Shown one piece after another: positions 47,550-58,409 of a stretch of DNA of 64,000 nucleotides. The stretch lies in IMG/VR virus record IMGVR_UViG_3300032893_002794. One strand, 5' to 3'. Position 1 is the first letter of the stretch. Each line of letters begins with the position of its first letter. Position numbers and translations under genes: made by a program. This DNA comes from an uncultured virus (IMG/VR IMGVR_UViG_3300032893_002794). Its lineage: Duplodnaviria; Heunggongvirae; Uroviricota; Caudoviricetes. Under the pieces are notes generated by a model. It searched no databases. It had not been told where the DNA came from and worked only from the letters and a program-made list of their open reading frames with translations.

Positions 47550-48588
47550 CACTGTCCTCCCCGCCGACAGTGTCGTCGGCATCGTCGTGATAGTCCGGAC
47601 CAGGAGAGGGCGGGTAGACGTCGCTCCGCTGGGGCGAGACGGCGATCTCGGCGGGAGGCCCCGCGGACGCCGCGACCGGACGGTCTGCTGAGGTTGACGA
47701 CTCCTCCGACTTCTCGGCCCTCCTCTCGACCGACCTCGCCGCGATCGCCTCCTCCTGCTCGCGCAGGAGCCGGTCGACCAGCTTCTCGTCGTCAGACATC
47801 GACTGCCTCCAGTAAGCGGCCATCGAGGTGTCTAGATCTTGTCCGACAATACCTGACCGCAGCTGCTGCTGCAGCTTGATGTACCGGGCAGCGCTCTCCC
47901 GCACGTGAGTCGTCACGCACGCCGCGCGCGGCTCGCGACCTCTGTGCTTCCAGAGCCTTAGCTCCCACACGTCGCGGAACCCGGCGTAGAATCCCCGCAC
48001 GCTGTCGCCGACGTGCTTGTCGAGCGGCCACTGCCTCCACGATAGTCGAGGCAGCTCCGCGATCGAGGCGTCGGCGTACGCTGTCACGAGATATACTCTC
48101 ACGAGTCGGCCTCGCGGCGTGTACGCGACGTAGAGCGGCTCGACGAAGCGAGACCAGGTCGACACGAGTAGGGCCGAGCACGCCCGGCAGGCAGCCTCGG
48201 TCTCGGTCTCGCTGCCGAGCAGGTCGGCGGTCGGCAGGTCGAGAGTGCCGTCGGCCTGGGCGCACAGGCCGAACTCATACGAGTAGACCGACGAGGGGTC
48301 GGCCGTCTTCCCGTCGGACAACTTCATGAGCTTGGATATCACGACCTTCACGCGCGTGGGGCGAGCGCTCTCGCCCACCGGCGGCGAGTCCCCAGGCAAG
48401 AGCCTCCACAGCCAGCGGGCATGCGATATGCAACCCTCGCAGACGCCGACGTCGCTCCGCTGCTTGCCGAGCAAGATCGGAGCCTCCGCATTACCGCAGT
48501 AGATGCACGCGGGGCGCGGATCTGCGTCAGCTGCCGTGAACGAGTAGTCCCAGGGGGGCTTGTACCCCTTCTTCGGACCGTCAGCCAT
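47530..48588 (-). CDS. Hypothetical protein with Zn finger, degenerate NUDIX-like segment and acidic tail
   Basis: CIYC...CEGC; DLPTADLLGSETETEAACR. Confidence 0.55.
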   Translation of the reverse strand: MADGPKKGYKPPWDYSFTAADADPRPACIYCGNAEAPILLGKQRSDVGVCEGCISHARWLWRLLPGDSPPVGESARPTRVKVVISKLMKLSDGKTADPSSVYSYEFGLCAQADGTLDLPTADLLGSETETEAACRACSALLVSTWSRFVEPLYVAYTPRGRLVRVYLVTAYADASIAELPRLSWRQWPLDKHVGDSVRGFYAGFRDVWELRLWKHRGREPRAACVTTHVRESAARYIKLQQQLRSGIVGQDLDTSMAAYWRQSMSDDEKLVDRLLREQEEAIAARSVERRAEKSEESSTSADRPVAASAGPPAEIAVSPQRSDVYPPSPGPDYHDDADDTVGGEDSDDVDFE

Positions 48589-48958
48589 GAGTCACCTCGC
48601 GATCGTCCGAGTCGCCCACCTCTCTGTACTCGACGTACTGCCCTTCGGGCAGCTCGACCAGAGAGATCTGAGCGCTCTGACCCGACTCGATCATTCGTAC
48701 TAGATCTTCGACCGAGATACCCAGCAGCTCCGCTGCCGACTCGACCGCAAGGTCAGGAGTGCCTGGCACGTACTCCAGGATGAAGACGCCCCGCGCTGGC
48801 ATCTCTGTCCCGAGCGGCAGAATAAGGCCAGGAAACCCAAGGTCAAGCAGGGAGATCTTCGCGCTTCCGGAAGCAAGCCTGACCTCGAAGCTCCGCCGTA
48901 TAGACCATGCCTCTCCGGTTACTTGACAAAGCTCCTTTTCAGAGCTATTCTTAGAGGT

Positions 48959-50050
48959 ATGGATAGCAGAGGATTTCCTACATCCCTCCCCGAATTTCAA
49001 CGCGTCTTTCCAGACGATGCCGCATGTACTAAGTACCTGGAAGCTTTGAGGTGGCCGGATGGATTCACATGCCCCAAGTGTGGCTGGCACGGCGAGCCGT
49101 ATCGCTTCGCGACGCGTAGCTCTACCGTGTTGCGCTGCAAGGTGTGCGGTGACAAGGGCAACATTTCCCTCACGGCCGGCACGGTCATGCAAAAGACCCA
49201 CACGCCCCTTTCCACGTGGTTCTGGGGCGCGTATCTTGTGACCACGCAGACGCCGGGCATGTCGGCCCTTCAATTCCAAAGGCAACTGGGCTTGTCCCGC
49301 TACGAGACGGCCTTCCAGATACTCCACAAGCTGCGAGCGGGGATGGTCCGTCCCGACCGCGATACAATTGGAGGAGAGCACGCCGTTGAGGTCGATGAGT
49401 GCTATGTAGGCGGCAAGACGCGCGGGGAGGGACACGGTGTTCACCACCAAGCCACTGTGGTCGGCGCTGTCGAGGTACGAACACGTAAAGATGCCGATGA
49501 TCGAGCGGCCAAGTGGAAAGAGACACACGAAAAGGGAATCCCCGTCAAGCGGCTTGTCTATGCCGGTCGACTCCGATTGCAAATGGTCTCCGACATGCCC
49601 GGCAAGCTCGAAGTGATGGCTGATCCGGGTTTGTCGGGCCGAAGTGCTGAAAGGTTGCTCGGTTTCGTTCAAGAGAACGTAACACCGGGCTCGAAGGTCC
49701 GAACAGATGGGTGGATTGGCTATCGAGGCCTGACAGAAGCCGGCTACGAACACGACTCGCTTGTACTCGGTGGAGATCCTGAAAAGGCCGAGGCTCACTT
49801 GCCTATGATCCACTTGGTCTTCGGCAATTTGAAGTCTTGGCTTCGAGGCACCCATCATGGAGTTTCGCAGCAGCATCTTCCAGCCTATCTCAATGAGTTC
49901 GTGTTCCGTTTCAACCGTCGTTTCTATCCAATGACCGCGTTCAACTCCGTTTTGGGCCTCGCAGTGAAGACAATTCCACCGACTTACGAGCAGTTGTATT
50001 CCGGAGAGTGGATTCATCCGGGTTCGTCGTCTTCGTCGGAGGCTGCGTAA
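48959..50050 (+). CDS. IS1595-family transposase
   Basis: RWPDGFTCPKC Zn ribbon, VEVDECYVGG, VRTDGW, YLNEFVFRFNRR. Confidence 0.95.
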   Translation: MDSRGFPTSLPEFQRVFPDDAACTKYLEALRWPDGFTCPKCGWHGEPYRFATRSSTVLRCKVCGDKGNISLTAGTVMQKTHTPLSTWFWGAYLVTTQTPGMSALQFQRQLGLSRYETAFQILHKLRAGMVRPDRDTIGGEHAVEVDECYVGGKTRGEGHGVHHQATVVGAVEVRTRKDADDRAAKWKETHEKGIPVKRLVYAGRLRLQMVSDMPGKLEVMADPGLSGRSAERLLGFVQENVTPGSKVRTDGWIGYRGLTEAGYEHDSLVLGGDPEKAEAHLPMIHLVFGNLKSWLRGTHHGVSQQHLPAYLNEFVFRFNRRFYPMTAFNSVLGLAVKTIPPTYEQLYSGEWIHPGSSSSSEAA

Positions 50051-50128
50051 AAAAGTTGTAGTCCTCCAGAAGGATCGCCCGCTGTTTGGTGAACATGCGG
50101 CGCATGCGATAAAGGCGTTGAAGAAGCG

Positions 50129-50971
50129 TCATGTAATGGTCGCTTCTTTGACCGGCCCACTCCTACTTATGTGCCCTCGACAATAATTTTTGTTGTCGGC
50201 TCCGATTCCAGTGGCGTCTTCGCCGCAGTTGTGAATAGCGCATGGCAAATTGTCTCGCCAAACACGCAAGTACGCGTAACGTATTTCCGGTTCTTGGTGG
50301 AATAACCTTTCAAAACAATTGAGGCACACCATAGGATTATCCCCGAGTTCAGAAAGCAATGTCTTGCCTTCAGCGGAGTCCGCAAATTCATGCGGCACCT
50401 GATAGAAATAAGTGCGCTTCTGTTGATGTGAGAAGGAACGACAGCCCTTAACCGGGCAGGTTTCCAGCGTTTCCAGGTCTTCTTTCCATCGATCTTGTCG
50501 CGCTTCCAAACTTCGATTAGACGATTTCTTGTCTAATCCTGCCGGCTTGATATGCAGCTCTGTATTCGCAATAGTTGTCTCCAGTTCAACAATTCGATTT
50601 GCTCGCGCCAAAAGAAGCGCTTGATTACTCTCGCGTTCACGCGATTCGTTGCGAGCGTCTAATTCCAACGCAGCGATTCGATCCCGTAACGGCTTCGTTT
50701 CCTTCGCCAAAAAATCATCTATATGAGACCCAACAGTGTGTATCGCAATCACAGAGAAAAAAATGAACCCACCACCCAGAATGAACCAAACGGGCGTCCA
50801 GTCTCGCGCTGCCCACCAAATAGTCGGGTCAACACGCAGCATTAGAACCATTACGCTGACGACCGCCGCACCAAATATTGGCAAAAACGGCGCCACGCGT
50901 TTCATGAAGCGCCCCACAGTCTTGAGGCGTTTCCATTGTTCCTCGATATCGGGTACGAGATCAGATCCCAT
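50129..50971 (-). CDS. Passenger protein: two TM helices, coiled coil and Cys-rich C-terminus
   Basis: Low GC; two N-terminal TM segments; CPVKGC, CLNC, CAIHNC...YCRGH. Confidence 0.7.
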   Translation of the reverse strand: MGSDLVPDIEEQWKRLKTVGRFMKRVAPFLPIFGAAVVSVMVLMLRVDPTIWWAARDWTPVWFILGGGFIFFSVIAIHTVGSHIDDFLAKETKPLRDRIAALELDARNESRERESNQALLLARANRIVELETTIANTELHIKPAGLDKKSSNRSLEARQDRWKEDLETLETCPVKGCRSFSHQQKRTYFYQVPHEFADSAEGKTLLSELGDNPMVCLNCFERLFHQEPEIRYAYLRVWRDNLPCAIHNCGEDATGIGADNKNYCRGHISRSGPVKEATIT

Positions 50972-51070
50972 GGTGCGCTACAGTATCTTACCCGCCACAC
51001 CACTGTCAAGTAACCGTATAGGCATGGTATAGACTTCCTGGCGATGTCCACATCCTCGCGCATGTCAGAC

Positions 51071-51433
51071 CTACGAGTCCCAACCGTAGTCGTCGCCCCG
51101 CTCGCGCCGCCTCCCGCGACCCCCGTCTCGACGCTTGGGCTCCCTCGACGGTGCGCCGGCCCGACGCTGGCCGCTCCGCGGTCCGGTAGACACGGCGTCT
51201 TCGACGTGCAGATCTCGGTCGCCGATCATTGCTCCGGCCAAAGCGGCCTTGGCGGCATCGGCGTCAGCACCTTCCGCGAGCTCGACGAACGCGTACCCGC
51301 GCGACCTGCCGGTCTCCCGGTCCGTCACTACCTTGACAGAAGCGTGAGCGACCCCGCGCTCGCGCAGCAGGCTGCCGAGCTCAGCGTCGGTGGCGGACCA
51401 GGGCAGGTTGCCCAGAAAGAGCCTTGTTCCCAT
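51071..51433 (-). CDS. RRM (RNP-1) RNA-binding protein
   Basis: LFLGNLP (RNP2) and DRETGRSRGYAFVE (RNP1); Arg/Gly-rich tail. Confidence 0.92.
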   Translation of the reverse strand: MGTRLFLGNLPWSATDAELGSLLRERGVAHASVKVVTDRETGRSRGYAFVELAEGADADAAKAALAGAMIGDRDLHVEDAVSTGPRSGQRRAGAPSREPKRRDGGRGRRRERGDDYGWDS

Positions 51434-52299
51434 TCTTCATTCACTCCTCATTTGGTGGTCTTGCGTGCTCCAGTCGCGCACGAGGTACCGCAGCACCTCA
51501 GCGTCGGATACCTGTCCGCAGAATCCTACTACGTACTTCTTGACGACACGAAACTGCTCGAATTCTTTATTAGTGAGCAGCGTGCACACGCGCTTCGAGT
51601 GACTCTCGTCCTCAGCCGCCGGGCTCGGTCGCGAGGTCGCGCGTCCTTTAAGACTCATCGTCGTCCTCGTCGTCAGGCGGCTCGACCGCGCCTCCCGACC
51701 TGAGACCGAGGCCGAGCCCTCGCCTCGCGGGGAGAGGAGCCGCGCTCGGAGAAGCGACGCGCTTCGGGACGACCCTCACGGAGGCGTCAGGGTCTGCGAC
51801 CTCGCGCTTGCCGACGGCCAGCGCCCCGAGGCGCCTCTTGTAGCGCCTCACTATGTCCCTCGAGGAGTCGGGAGTAGACCCCTCGCGCGGGACATCCAGC
51901 CTGAAGGGACCCGCAGCGACTCGTCTGCTCGCCGAGAGGTCAGCACCTGCGTCCTCTCGAGGCTCGTCTCTCTTCCTGTCGCCCATGACTCGCGCCTATC
52001 CAGTTGAGTTCCCTGATCTGGTCGGTTGAACGCTCTCCAGTGCCGCGAAAAAAAGAGTCTTCTCCGACGGAGACAGCGACCGGCAGGCCATGGCGAGCAT
52101 CAAGGGCCGCTGCTGTGAGTCGGTTAGTCGCACGTCAGGATGAGCATCCAACCATGAAGAAACGTCGTTGAGGTCGACGTGACATGACCGTTTAGAGCCG
52201 AGACACTCCGGGAGTGGACTGTCAGGAGACTCTCGCAAAAGTAGCCTGCCTATCGACCACCACAATGAAATCAGCGTTTTTCTCATTGACACGTATCTC

Positions 52300-52764
52300 C
52301 TACCTGCAGCGACTGACGTGGCTCTTGCGCACGATTATCGGGTGGCTGCGCGGGGTGCGCCTGGCGGCTAGCTCTCCGGTCGGCAGCTTCTCGCACACGA
52401 CGAGCTCGTCGAGCAGCCTCGGGTCACTCGACAGCTGAGCCCTGTAGGCCACCTCGTACCGAGGTCGATACTGCTGCGCCACCTTGACCTTGTCGCCCAC
52501 TTCGTAGTCAGTCGACTTCGGACGGGGCGGTGGCGCGTAGCCCGCAGACTCGAGACTTCCAACGCTCTCGGAGAGGTTCGAAACCAGCGACACCGCGCTC
52601 AACACCAGCTCCACGCCCCGGACCACCTCGGAATTACGATCTTTCGCAGATCCCCACGCGGACAGGCGATCTCTGACCAGCGACAAGATCTTGTGAGCCT
52701 TGTCGACATTGCGGTGCAGACGGATCACCGGTGTGCTGCGCCTGTACTTGGTCTTGCGTCCCAC
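52300..52764 (-). CDS. Hypothetical protein, paralog of 12613-13203
   Basis: Shared helix-G(W/Y)xP-GDxVxV pattern. Confidence 0.55.
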   Translation of the reverse strand: MGRKTKYRRSTPVIRLHRNVDKAHKILSLVRDRLSAWGSAKDRNSEVVRGVELVLSAVSLVSNLSESVGSLESAGYAPPPRPKSTDYEVGDKVKVAQQYRPRYEVAYRAQLSSDPRLLDELVVCEKLPTGELAARRTPRSHPIIVRKSHVSRCR

Positions 52765-52767
52765 GTC

Positions 52768-53043
52768 CTAAGCTCCTTTCCGCCCCGCGACCTTGCGGCA
52801 GAGCCGAGCTAAATCGGCCGGCACGAGCGTGGTGTCGCCGTCGAGGTCGCGCGACTTGATCCTCTCGTAGAGGGCCCGGCTCATGGTCTCGAGCGTGACG
52901 TCCCTGCCCGTCACGTCGTCGACCACGCTGATCTGCTCGCCAGCAGCAACCAAGTCGGAGAGATCGACCACCTGGACGTAGGTGTGCGTTGCCTCGTCGT
53001 AGTGCTTGTGGTTCGCGTACTTCCTGATCTGTCTCATTGTCAT
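52768..53043 (-). CDS. PhaR-type PHB-accumulation regulator DNA-binding-domain protein
   Basis: IRKYANHKHYDEATHTYV...GEQISVVDDVTGRDVT. Confidence 0.82.
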   Translation of the reverse strand: MTMRQIRKYANHKHYDEATHTYVQVVDLSDLVAAGEQISVVDDVTGRDVTLETMSRALYERIKSRDLDGDTTLVPADLARLCRKVAGRKGA

Positions 53044-53053
53044 TCCTTACTCG

Positions 53054-53569
53054 TCAGAGCGGACCCCGGCGCTGCTCGATCTCCTCCTGGATGTCAGCAG
53101 CCAAGATCCTCATGTCGCGCACCATCTTGCGCGTGTGCTCCGTGTAGCCCCGGAACCCGCTGCCCGCCTTGGTGGCCATAACGGACAGGAGCTCGGCGAG
53201 CGTGGCGAGCTCGTTCAAGATCTCCACGTCGCCCGCCGGCATCGTCACGGTCGCCGTCACGCCGTACCTCCCGGCAGCGTACACCTCAGAGACCCTGGGA
53301 ACTGCCAGAGCAGGCGATGCTGCGAGCCTACCTCCAGGCGGCAGCACCGCCACGGACTTCGACCTGCAGGACTCGCAGTCCGAAGCCCCCTGCGGCTGTA
53401 CGCTCCCGCACGTGGTGCAGTAGAGGTTCTGACTGCCGCACCTGGGACAGTAGCCATCGCACGGCGTTGGCGGAACATACCGGCAGGCAGTGCACGCGAG
53501 GGTCACGGGGCACCTCCTGGGGCGCATCGCTGGCAGTCTCGGACCAGAGGTGGCAGGACGCTGTAGCAA
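53054..53569 (-). CDS. Double zinc-ribbon protein
   Basis: Four CxxC pairs; start uncertain. Confidence 0.55.
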   Translation of the reverse strand: MLQRPATSGPRLPAMRPRRCPVTLACTACRYVPPTPCDGYCPRCGSQNLYCTTCGSVQPQGASDCESCRSKSVAVLPPGGRLAASPALAVPRVSEVYAAGRYGVTATVTMPAGDVEILNELATLAELLSVMATKAGSGFRGYTEHTRKMVRDMRILAADIQEEIEQRRGPL

Positions 53570-53808
53570 CCGTCGCAGTAGATCTGACGCTTATGGCACG
53601 TCGGGCACTCGGCGACTCTCGGGTCACGCACGGTGGCGCACGAGACGCACACGAGGAGACGCTGCCTGCTGCACCTCGGACAGCTCTCGACCCCCTGGGG
53701 CACCTCCCAACCGCACCGATCGCAGCAGAAGGTGACCGACTTGCACTGTCTGCAGGTGCTTGATCCAGGCTGCTTGAGCGTCCGGCACATGATGCACGAC
53801 ACGCTCAC
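53503..53808 (-). CDS. Multi-CxxC zinc-ribbon protein
   Basis: Eight CxxC pairs in 101 aa. Confidence 0.6.
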   Translation of the reverse strand: MSVSCIMCRTLKQPGSSTCRQCKSVTFCCDRCGWEVPQGVESCPRCSRQRLLVCVSCATVRDPRVAECPTCHKRQIYCDGCYSVLPPLVRDCQRCAPGGAP

Positions 53809-54556
53809 GCCATAACTCCTCGAAGCTTGGCGGCGATCCTAGTGCTCGACAGCCTCCTTGCCCTCTCCTTGAGATCGCCCTCCGAGCAGTACTTGTTCCC
53901 GAGAGCTCCCGACAGCACAGACGCGAGCACGCCGTCGACCGCGAACATCTGCGGGCTCGCATCTCCAGGGATCATCAAGACGGACACCCCGTCAGGAAGC
54001 CTCGGCAGCTGCTCGTCCTGCTCGCTGGTCAGGGGACAGCGAAACTCGGCGAGCGCCCTCGAGACCCAGACGACAGCGCCAGGATTCCTGAGGTGCTCCG
54101 CATAGAACTTATTCTCGACTTCTCGCAGCTTAGAGAACACGTCATGAGCTGCCACGAGCTGGGCCCTCGTGTGGACGGCGCACGCGCAGCACCCATCCCA
54201 CAGGCGGACCAGAAGATCCTCGCGCGTAGAGAACCCGCACGCGCAGCAGATCTCGTCGCGCATCCAGTCCACCTACTGCTCCTCCATGTAAGACGAATCG
54301 TTCTCCACGGCGTGCCTACTTTATAGTTTGCCTCTTGAGCCTGGCGGAACCGGCGTAGCTCACGGTCGTGGTCAACTGACAACAACCCTCGTACATCTCG
54401 ACGCACACGGCCTTCGAGTAGTCATGGTCTCCTCCTTCCGACTGACTGACCTTCACCTCCCCCTCGTCGCAGGAGAGGCTGACTCTCTTGACCCCGCCGA
54501 ACGGTCCCCAAGTGAACGGCCACCTCTTCGTCTTCACCCGGACCTTCAAGCGGAAG

Positions 54557-55456
54557 TTACTGGTTCCCATCAGCACCTCCTGGGGAGGCCGCCTGGCGAC
54601 CCGAGAGCATGAGCTTGTCCCAGTCGACGTCGATGGCCTCCCGGACCGCCTCCGAGTCGCGGAACGTCCGCATCGTAGCGTCATGCGACTCGGGCGAGAG
54701 CTTCCCGAAGTGGTATCGCGTGCGGACGAAGAGGAGGGCCGTCTGCAGGGTGTCCTGCTGGCAGTAGCGCCTGATCTTGGCAGCGTGCTCGGCCGACAGC
54801 TCAGGCTGCTCCGCCACCTGCCGGTAGAGAACGTCGACCTTGTCGCCAGACATGTCCGTCTTGCCCGGCAGCCCTATGAGCCTGGCGCAGTCGCCGAGCC
54901 GCATCTGGCGGCTGGCACCGTAGTCGGACAGGTAGTCCATGAGGTCGCAGTGCCCCTCCGTCGAGTACCTGTAGCGCCTCTCCTCCTTACCGCCCTGCTT
55001 CTTGTAGTACCACCCGCACGATACTCTGTGCTTGAGCGAGCGCATGGAGATGACGGGCAGGTCGAAGCCCCGGCCGTTCCACGTCACCAGATGGACGTCA
55101 TCGCATATGCCCGCGCCGAACTTGTCCAAGATGATCCGCTCCTGCCTGTCGGCCTCCGCGAGGTCCCACGGGCACCACAGGCAGTCGCTCCAGCACCCGC
55201 CGAAGCGGTACTTCGGGTCGTGGTTCAAGTCGAACACGACGTCCACGCAGCTGAGCGCCACCACCCGGCACGCCTGCGGAGGAGGGAAGGGCTCCACCAC
55301 GGCGACACCGGCAGCTGACATCATCACGACGCTCCCGAGGCCCGACCCACCGCCAACCTGCTGCAGCGGACCGGGCACGAGCTTGTACGCGGGCTCCCCC
55401 CGAGTCCAGCAGGACTCGTCGGGCACGGTCTCGATGTCGAGCACCCGGAATATCAC
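54557..55456 (-). CDS. PolB-related 3'-5' exonuclease (DEDDy)
   Basis: LDIETVPD, LVTWNGRGFDLP, HCDLMD, YCQQD; GTG start at 55456. Confidence 0.88.
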   Translation of the reverse strand: MIFRVLDIETVPDESCWTRGEPAYKLVPGPLQQVGGGSGLGSVVMMSAAGVAVVEPFPPPQACRVVALSCVDVVFDLNHDPKYRFGGCWSDCLWCPWDLAEADRQERIILDKFGAGICDDVHLVTWNGRGFDLPVISMRSLKHRVSCGWYYKKQGGKEERRYRYSTEGHCDLMDYLSDYGASRQMRLGDCARLIGLPGKTDMSGDKVDVLYRQVAEQPELSAEHAAKIRRYCQQDTLQTALLFVRTRYHFGKLSPESHDATMRTFRDSEAVREAIDVDWDKLMLSGRQAASPGGADGNQ

Positions 55457-56022
55457 CTCATGGCCTCTATGCGGTTGAAGACGCAGAGGAAGCTCTGCTC
55501 CGCCCGGGAGGGCTCGAGGCAGCCGATCTCGCCAACTACGCCACCGTAATTGAACCCCCAGCTCTTCTTGACCTCCGCCGGTGCCGTCGGGAAGAGGTAC
55601 GCCATCTCGATCCCGCGGACCTCGTCGTCCACCTTCTTGACGAGCTCCCGCATGGCAGCGTCGACCTCCCCCGCGACGCCGAGCTTCTCGCAGATCGCCC
55701 CCATCCAGGCTGCCTCGAGATCCCTGTACCATTCCATCTGCGGCAGCTCCTTGAAGGGAGCGACGGCGTCGTCGAGGTAGACCTCGGCGGCATCGTGGAA
55801 GAGCAGCGCCATGAGACCGACACGATTGTCACAACCCATTCGAATGAGACCGTTCAAGTAGACGAGCACCGAGTGCTCGGCCACCGAGTAGAGCTGACTC
55901 GTGTGACCACCGTAGCGGCAGGTCTGCGAGAGGGCGTGCGCGATGTCCGCGACGTCGACGACAGACGCGTCCGGGCTCATAGGATCGTAGACCTTGCCCG
56001 AGCTGGTGAGACATTGCCCCAT
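55453..56022 (-). CDS. HD-domain nucleotidase (YfbR/YfdR-like)
   Basis: DIAHALS...RYGGH, YSVAEHS, LFHDAAEVY. Confidence 0.88.
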   Translation of the reverse strand: MGQCLTSSGKVYDPMSPDASVVDVADIAHALSQTCRYGGHTSQLYSVAEHSVLVYLNGLIRMGCDNRVGLMALLFHDAAEVYLDDAVAPFKELPQMEWYRDLEAAWMGAICEKLGVAGEVDAAMRELVKKVDDEVRGIEMAYLFPTAPAEVKKSWGFNYGGVVGEIGCLEPSRAEQSFLCVFNRIEAMR

Positions 56023-56070
56023 AAAAAATCTCCAGTCAATTAAGGTTTTACCCTACTATAGATGAGGGTG

Positions 56071-56859
56071 TCAAGTACCTTCATCAGGTGGACGTGTCTC
56101 TCGGACTGCTACCTCTTGGACGACGACCTCGCCTTCGCAGTAACTTACCATCGACGCAGTCAGCCTATAACCATACTCCATCCAGACTTCAGACGTGTCG
56201 CGCGTGGCGAAGTCGCTCCGCACCTCCGGAGCGTACTTCGCTCTGGCTGTCTCCCGCGCGCGCTCCCGAGCTCCGTCACATCCTACCACGGCAAGCACGC
56301 CGTCCAGCGGGCTCGGTGCCGCCTCGCCGCGGGCAGCAGTCGCAGCCCGTCCCACCAGCACGAGCTTGGCCAGGGCGTAGGCAGCGCCCACCCGGAACGA
56401 CCGCGCGGCCCTCCGGCTGCCGCACTCGCCGAGCTCAGCGGCCACCTCAGGGTCGCGGACCGCCTCCCCCACCTCCCTGACCATTCGGCCCTCGACCGCT
56501 CCCACGGCGGCGATCATCTGGCCGGCGAGGTCTAGCGCCCTCCTGACGGAGTCGCCCTCGCCGGACACCCGCACCTCGCGCCCCCTGCCCATCGAGCCCG
56601 ACACCGCGACCGCCCCGCAGGCCTCCGAGGCCGCGGCGACCACCACGAACTTCCAGGCGGGACCCCACTCTGGTCCCGAGAGCACCTCCTCGTGCTCCGC
56701 GACGCCTTCGACCTCCTTTCTCGCGTCGTCCTCGCTGAGCGCGTACTGACACCGCAGCCGCTCGGCCGCGGCCCTGGCTGCCGCTGCCTCGTGGTGGTTC
56801 GACGACGAGGACAGCGCCAGGAGCTTCGACAGCCGCTCTATGACCCTCCGAGGTGTCAT
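56071..56859 (-). CDS. DUF2786-domain protein
   Basis: IERLSKLLALSSSSNHHEAAAARAAAERL...Y. Confidence 0.75.
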   Translation of the reverse strand: MTPRRVIERLSKLLALSSSSNHHEAAAARAAAERLRCQYALSEDDARKEVEGVAEHEEVLSGPEWGPAWKFVVVAAASEACGAVAVSGSMGRGREVRVSGEGDSVRRALDLAGQMIAAVGAVEGRMVREVGEAVRDPEVAAELGECGSRRAARSFRVGAAYALAKLVLVGRAATAARGEAAPSPLDGVLAVVGCDGARERARETARAKYAPEVRSDFATRDTSEVWMEYGYRLTASMVSYCEGEVVVQEVAVRETRPPDEGT

Positions 56860-58409
56860 GCCGTGGATTGTCTACGTCGTCGCTTCTTGACGATCCTGAC
56901 GTGCCTCTCCCAGTGAAACCAAGCCAACCGCCACGTCGAACTGATCTGTCCACCGCACGCGCACGCGACCTCCCAGTCTCCGTCATTGTTCTTGAAGACC
57001 TTAGGACGACCGCCGTGCGGACACTCAGAGAGAGGAATTCTCTGGGTGAACCACGAGCACCACCAGCGCCACTGCTTGACGACATAGTGGACGGCTCTCA
57101 CGAGAGAGCGAACGAGCACCAACCACCCCAGGCACGAGAGAATGAGGATGGTAACTCGTGCTGGCAGAGAGATCTTGTCGAGCCAGTGCAAACTGTCTAG
57201 CATTCCGATACCAATCACTCAGTTGATTTTGGAACTGTCGATCCAATTTGACCCAGTAAAAAACCGAGACTGCGATTATGCTCCTCCTCGTCAGACTCAG
57301 AAAATCCGTAGAACGTGTCGATGCGCTCATGGACATCCCCAGCATCATCCTTGATCTGCATGCCATTCCCGAGTCCAACAGCCGCAAAGGCTTCTCGCGC
57401 TGAGGTAAGATCGTTGAACCTCATCTCTGTTGTACAACAGCCACAGTCATTTTTCGCGTAAACAGTTATCATCAGTTTTTCCTTTCATTTCTCAATGTCG
57501 GCAATACCGACTCGGCCAATATGGTGCTTCCTCGCATGCCTATCCAATTGACGTCCTTTCTAGACGTTTCCACTCATTATAATCACGTCCTTCGATCTTT
57601 TGTCGTGATCTTCGTTGTGGGGCCACGTTTCCGTATCCATTTGCAAGGGACATGCTCCATCGTGTTCGCAACCTTCGCAATTGTGCATACTTGTGGCCGT
57701 CTCTATTGATTCTTCCGGCACTTTTCCTTGATTAACCCAGTAATTGCACCCTGCCCATTTCACCATCTTCAAACTCCTATCGATCTGGTGGAGTGTGTGA
57801 ACCGGATAAGCACGCTTCCTCGAGCTAACAAGCCAATCATGAACGAGCCTGCCTGAGCTGTCTTGAGATCTCGCGCTTTTGGTGTAGAGGCGACTTAGCA
57901 TACCAAGCGTGCCACTCACAGTACCTCACGAGCAGGTCGCCACGCATGACTACCCCTCGAAAGGAGAAATTCTTCACTCGCTTCCACGTGCAGCCGCACT
58001 TCGACGTCGACACCTCGCCAGGAATCGACTCCAGCTCCTCCCGCAACTCTTTGTCCTGCGACTCTTGCGACATCGTAAACCTCATATCAGTAATCGTATT
58101 TACGAGACGCTAGAGCCTCAATCTCCCACCTGCCAACCATCATCTCGTAAGAGCAAGCGTCGAGCGACCAGCCCATGCTCGCGGCCAGCGCCGGGACCAG
58201 CTCAGCGTTTGGAACGTGGTCCACGTAGGGAGACACACCGAGTGAGTACGCCAGGTCGCAGAGCCCCTCGAAGCTCACATCCTCCACCGAGCCGTCCGGC
58301 CTCACGAGCTCGAGGCCGTACCACTTCGGGTAGTTCTCCACGGTCAAGACCGGTCGAGCTTGCGGTGCTCCCGCGTAGACCAGCGGGTGCCCTCGCCTCG
58401 ACAAGTACG

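Larger units (their letters stand above)
48906..51026. mobile_element. IS1595-family element with a passenger gene (2121 bp)
   Basis: 23-bp imperfect inverted repeats CATGCCTnTnCGGTTACTTGACA (48906-48928 and 51004-51026); 8-bp target duplication GTATAGAC (48898-48905 and 51027-51034). Confidence 0.92.
48581..51063 (-). pseudogene. Gene interrupted by the IS1595 element
   Basis: Removing the element and one target copy restores MREDVDIARKSI-RRSFEVRLASG...DDREVTHG in frame. Confidence 0.8.

Noticed and set aside
48581..50017. 478-aa minus-strand ORF
   Set aside because: It is the antisense shadow of the IS1595 transposase running into the 3' remnant of the interrupted gene.
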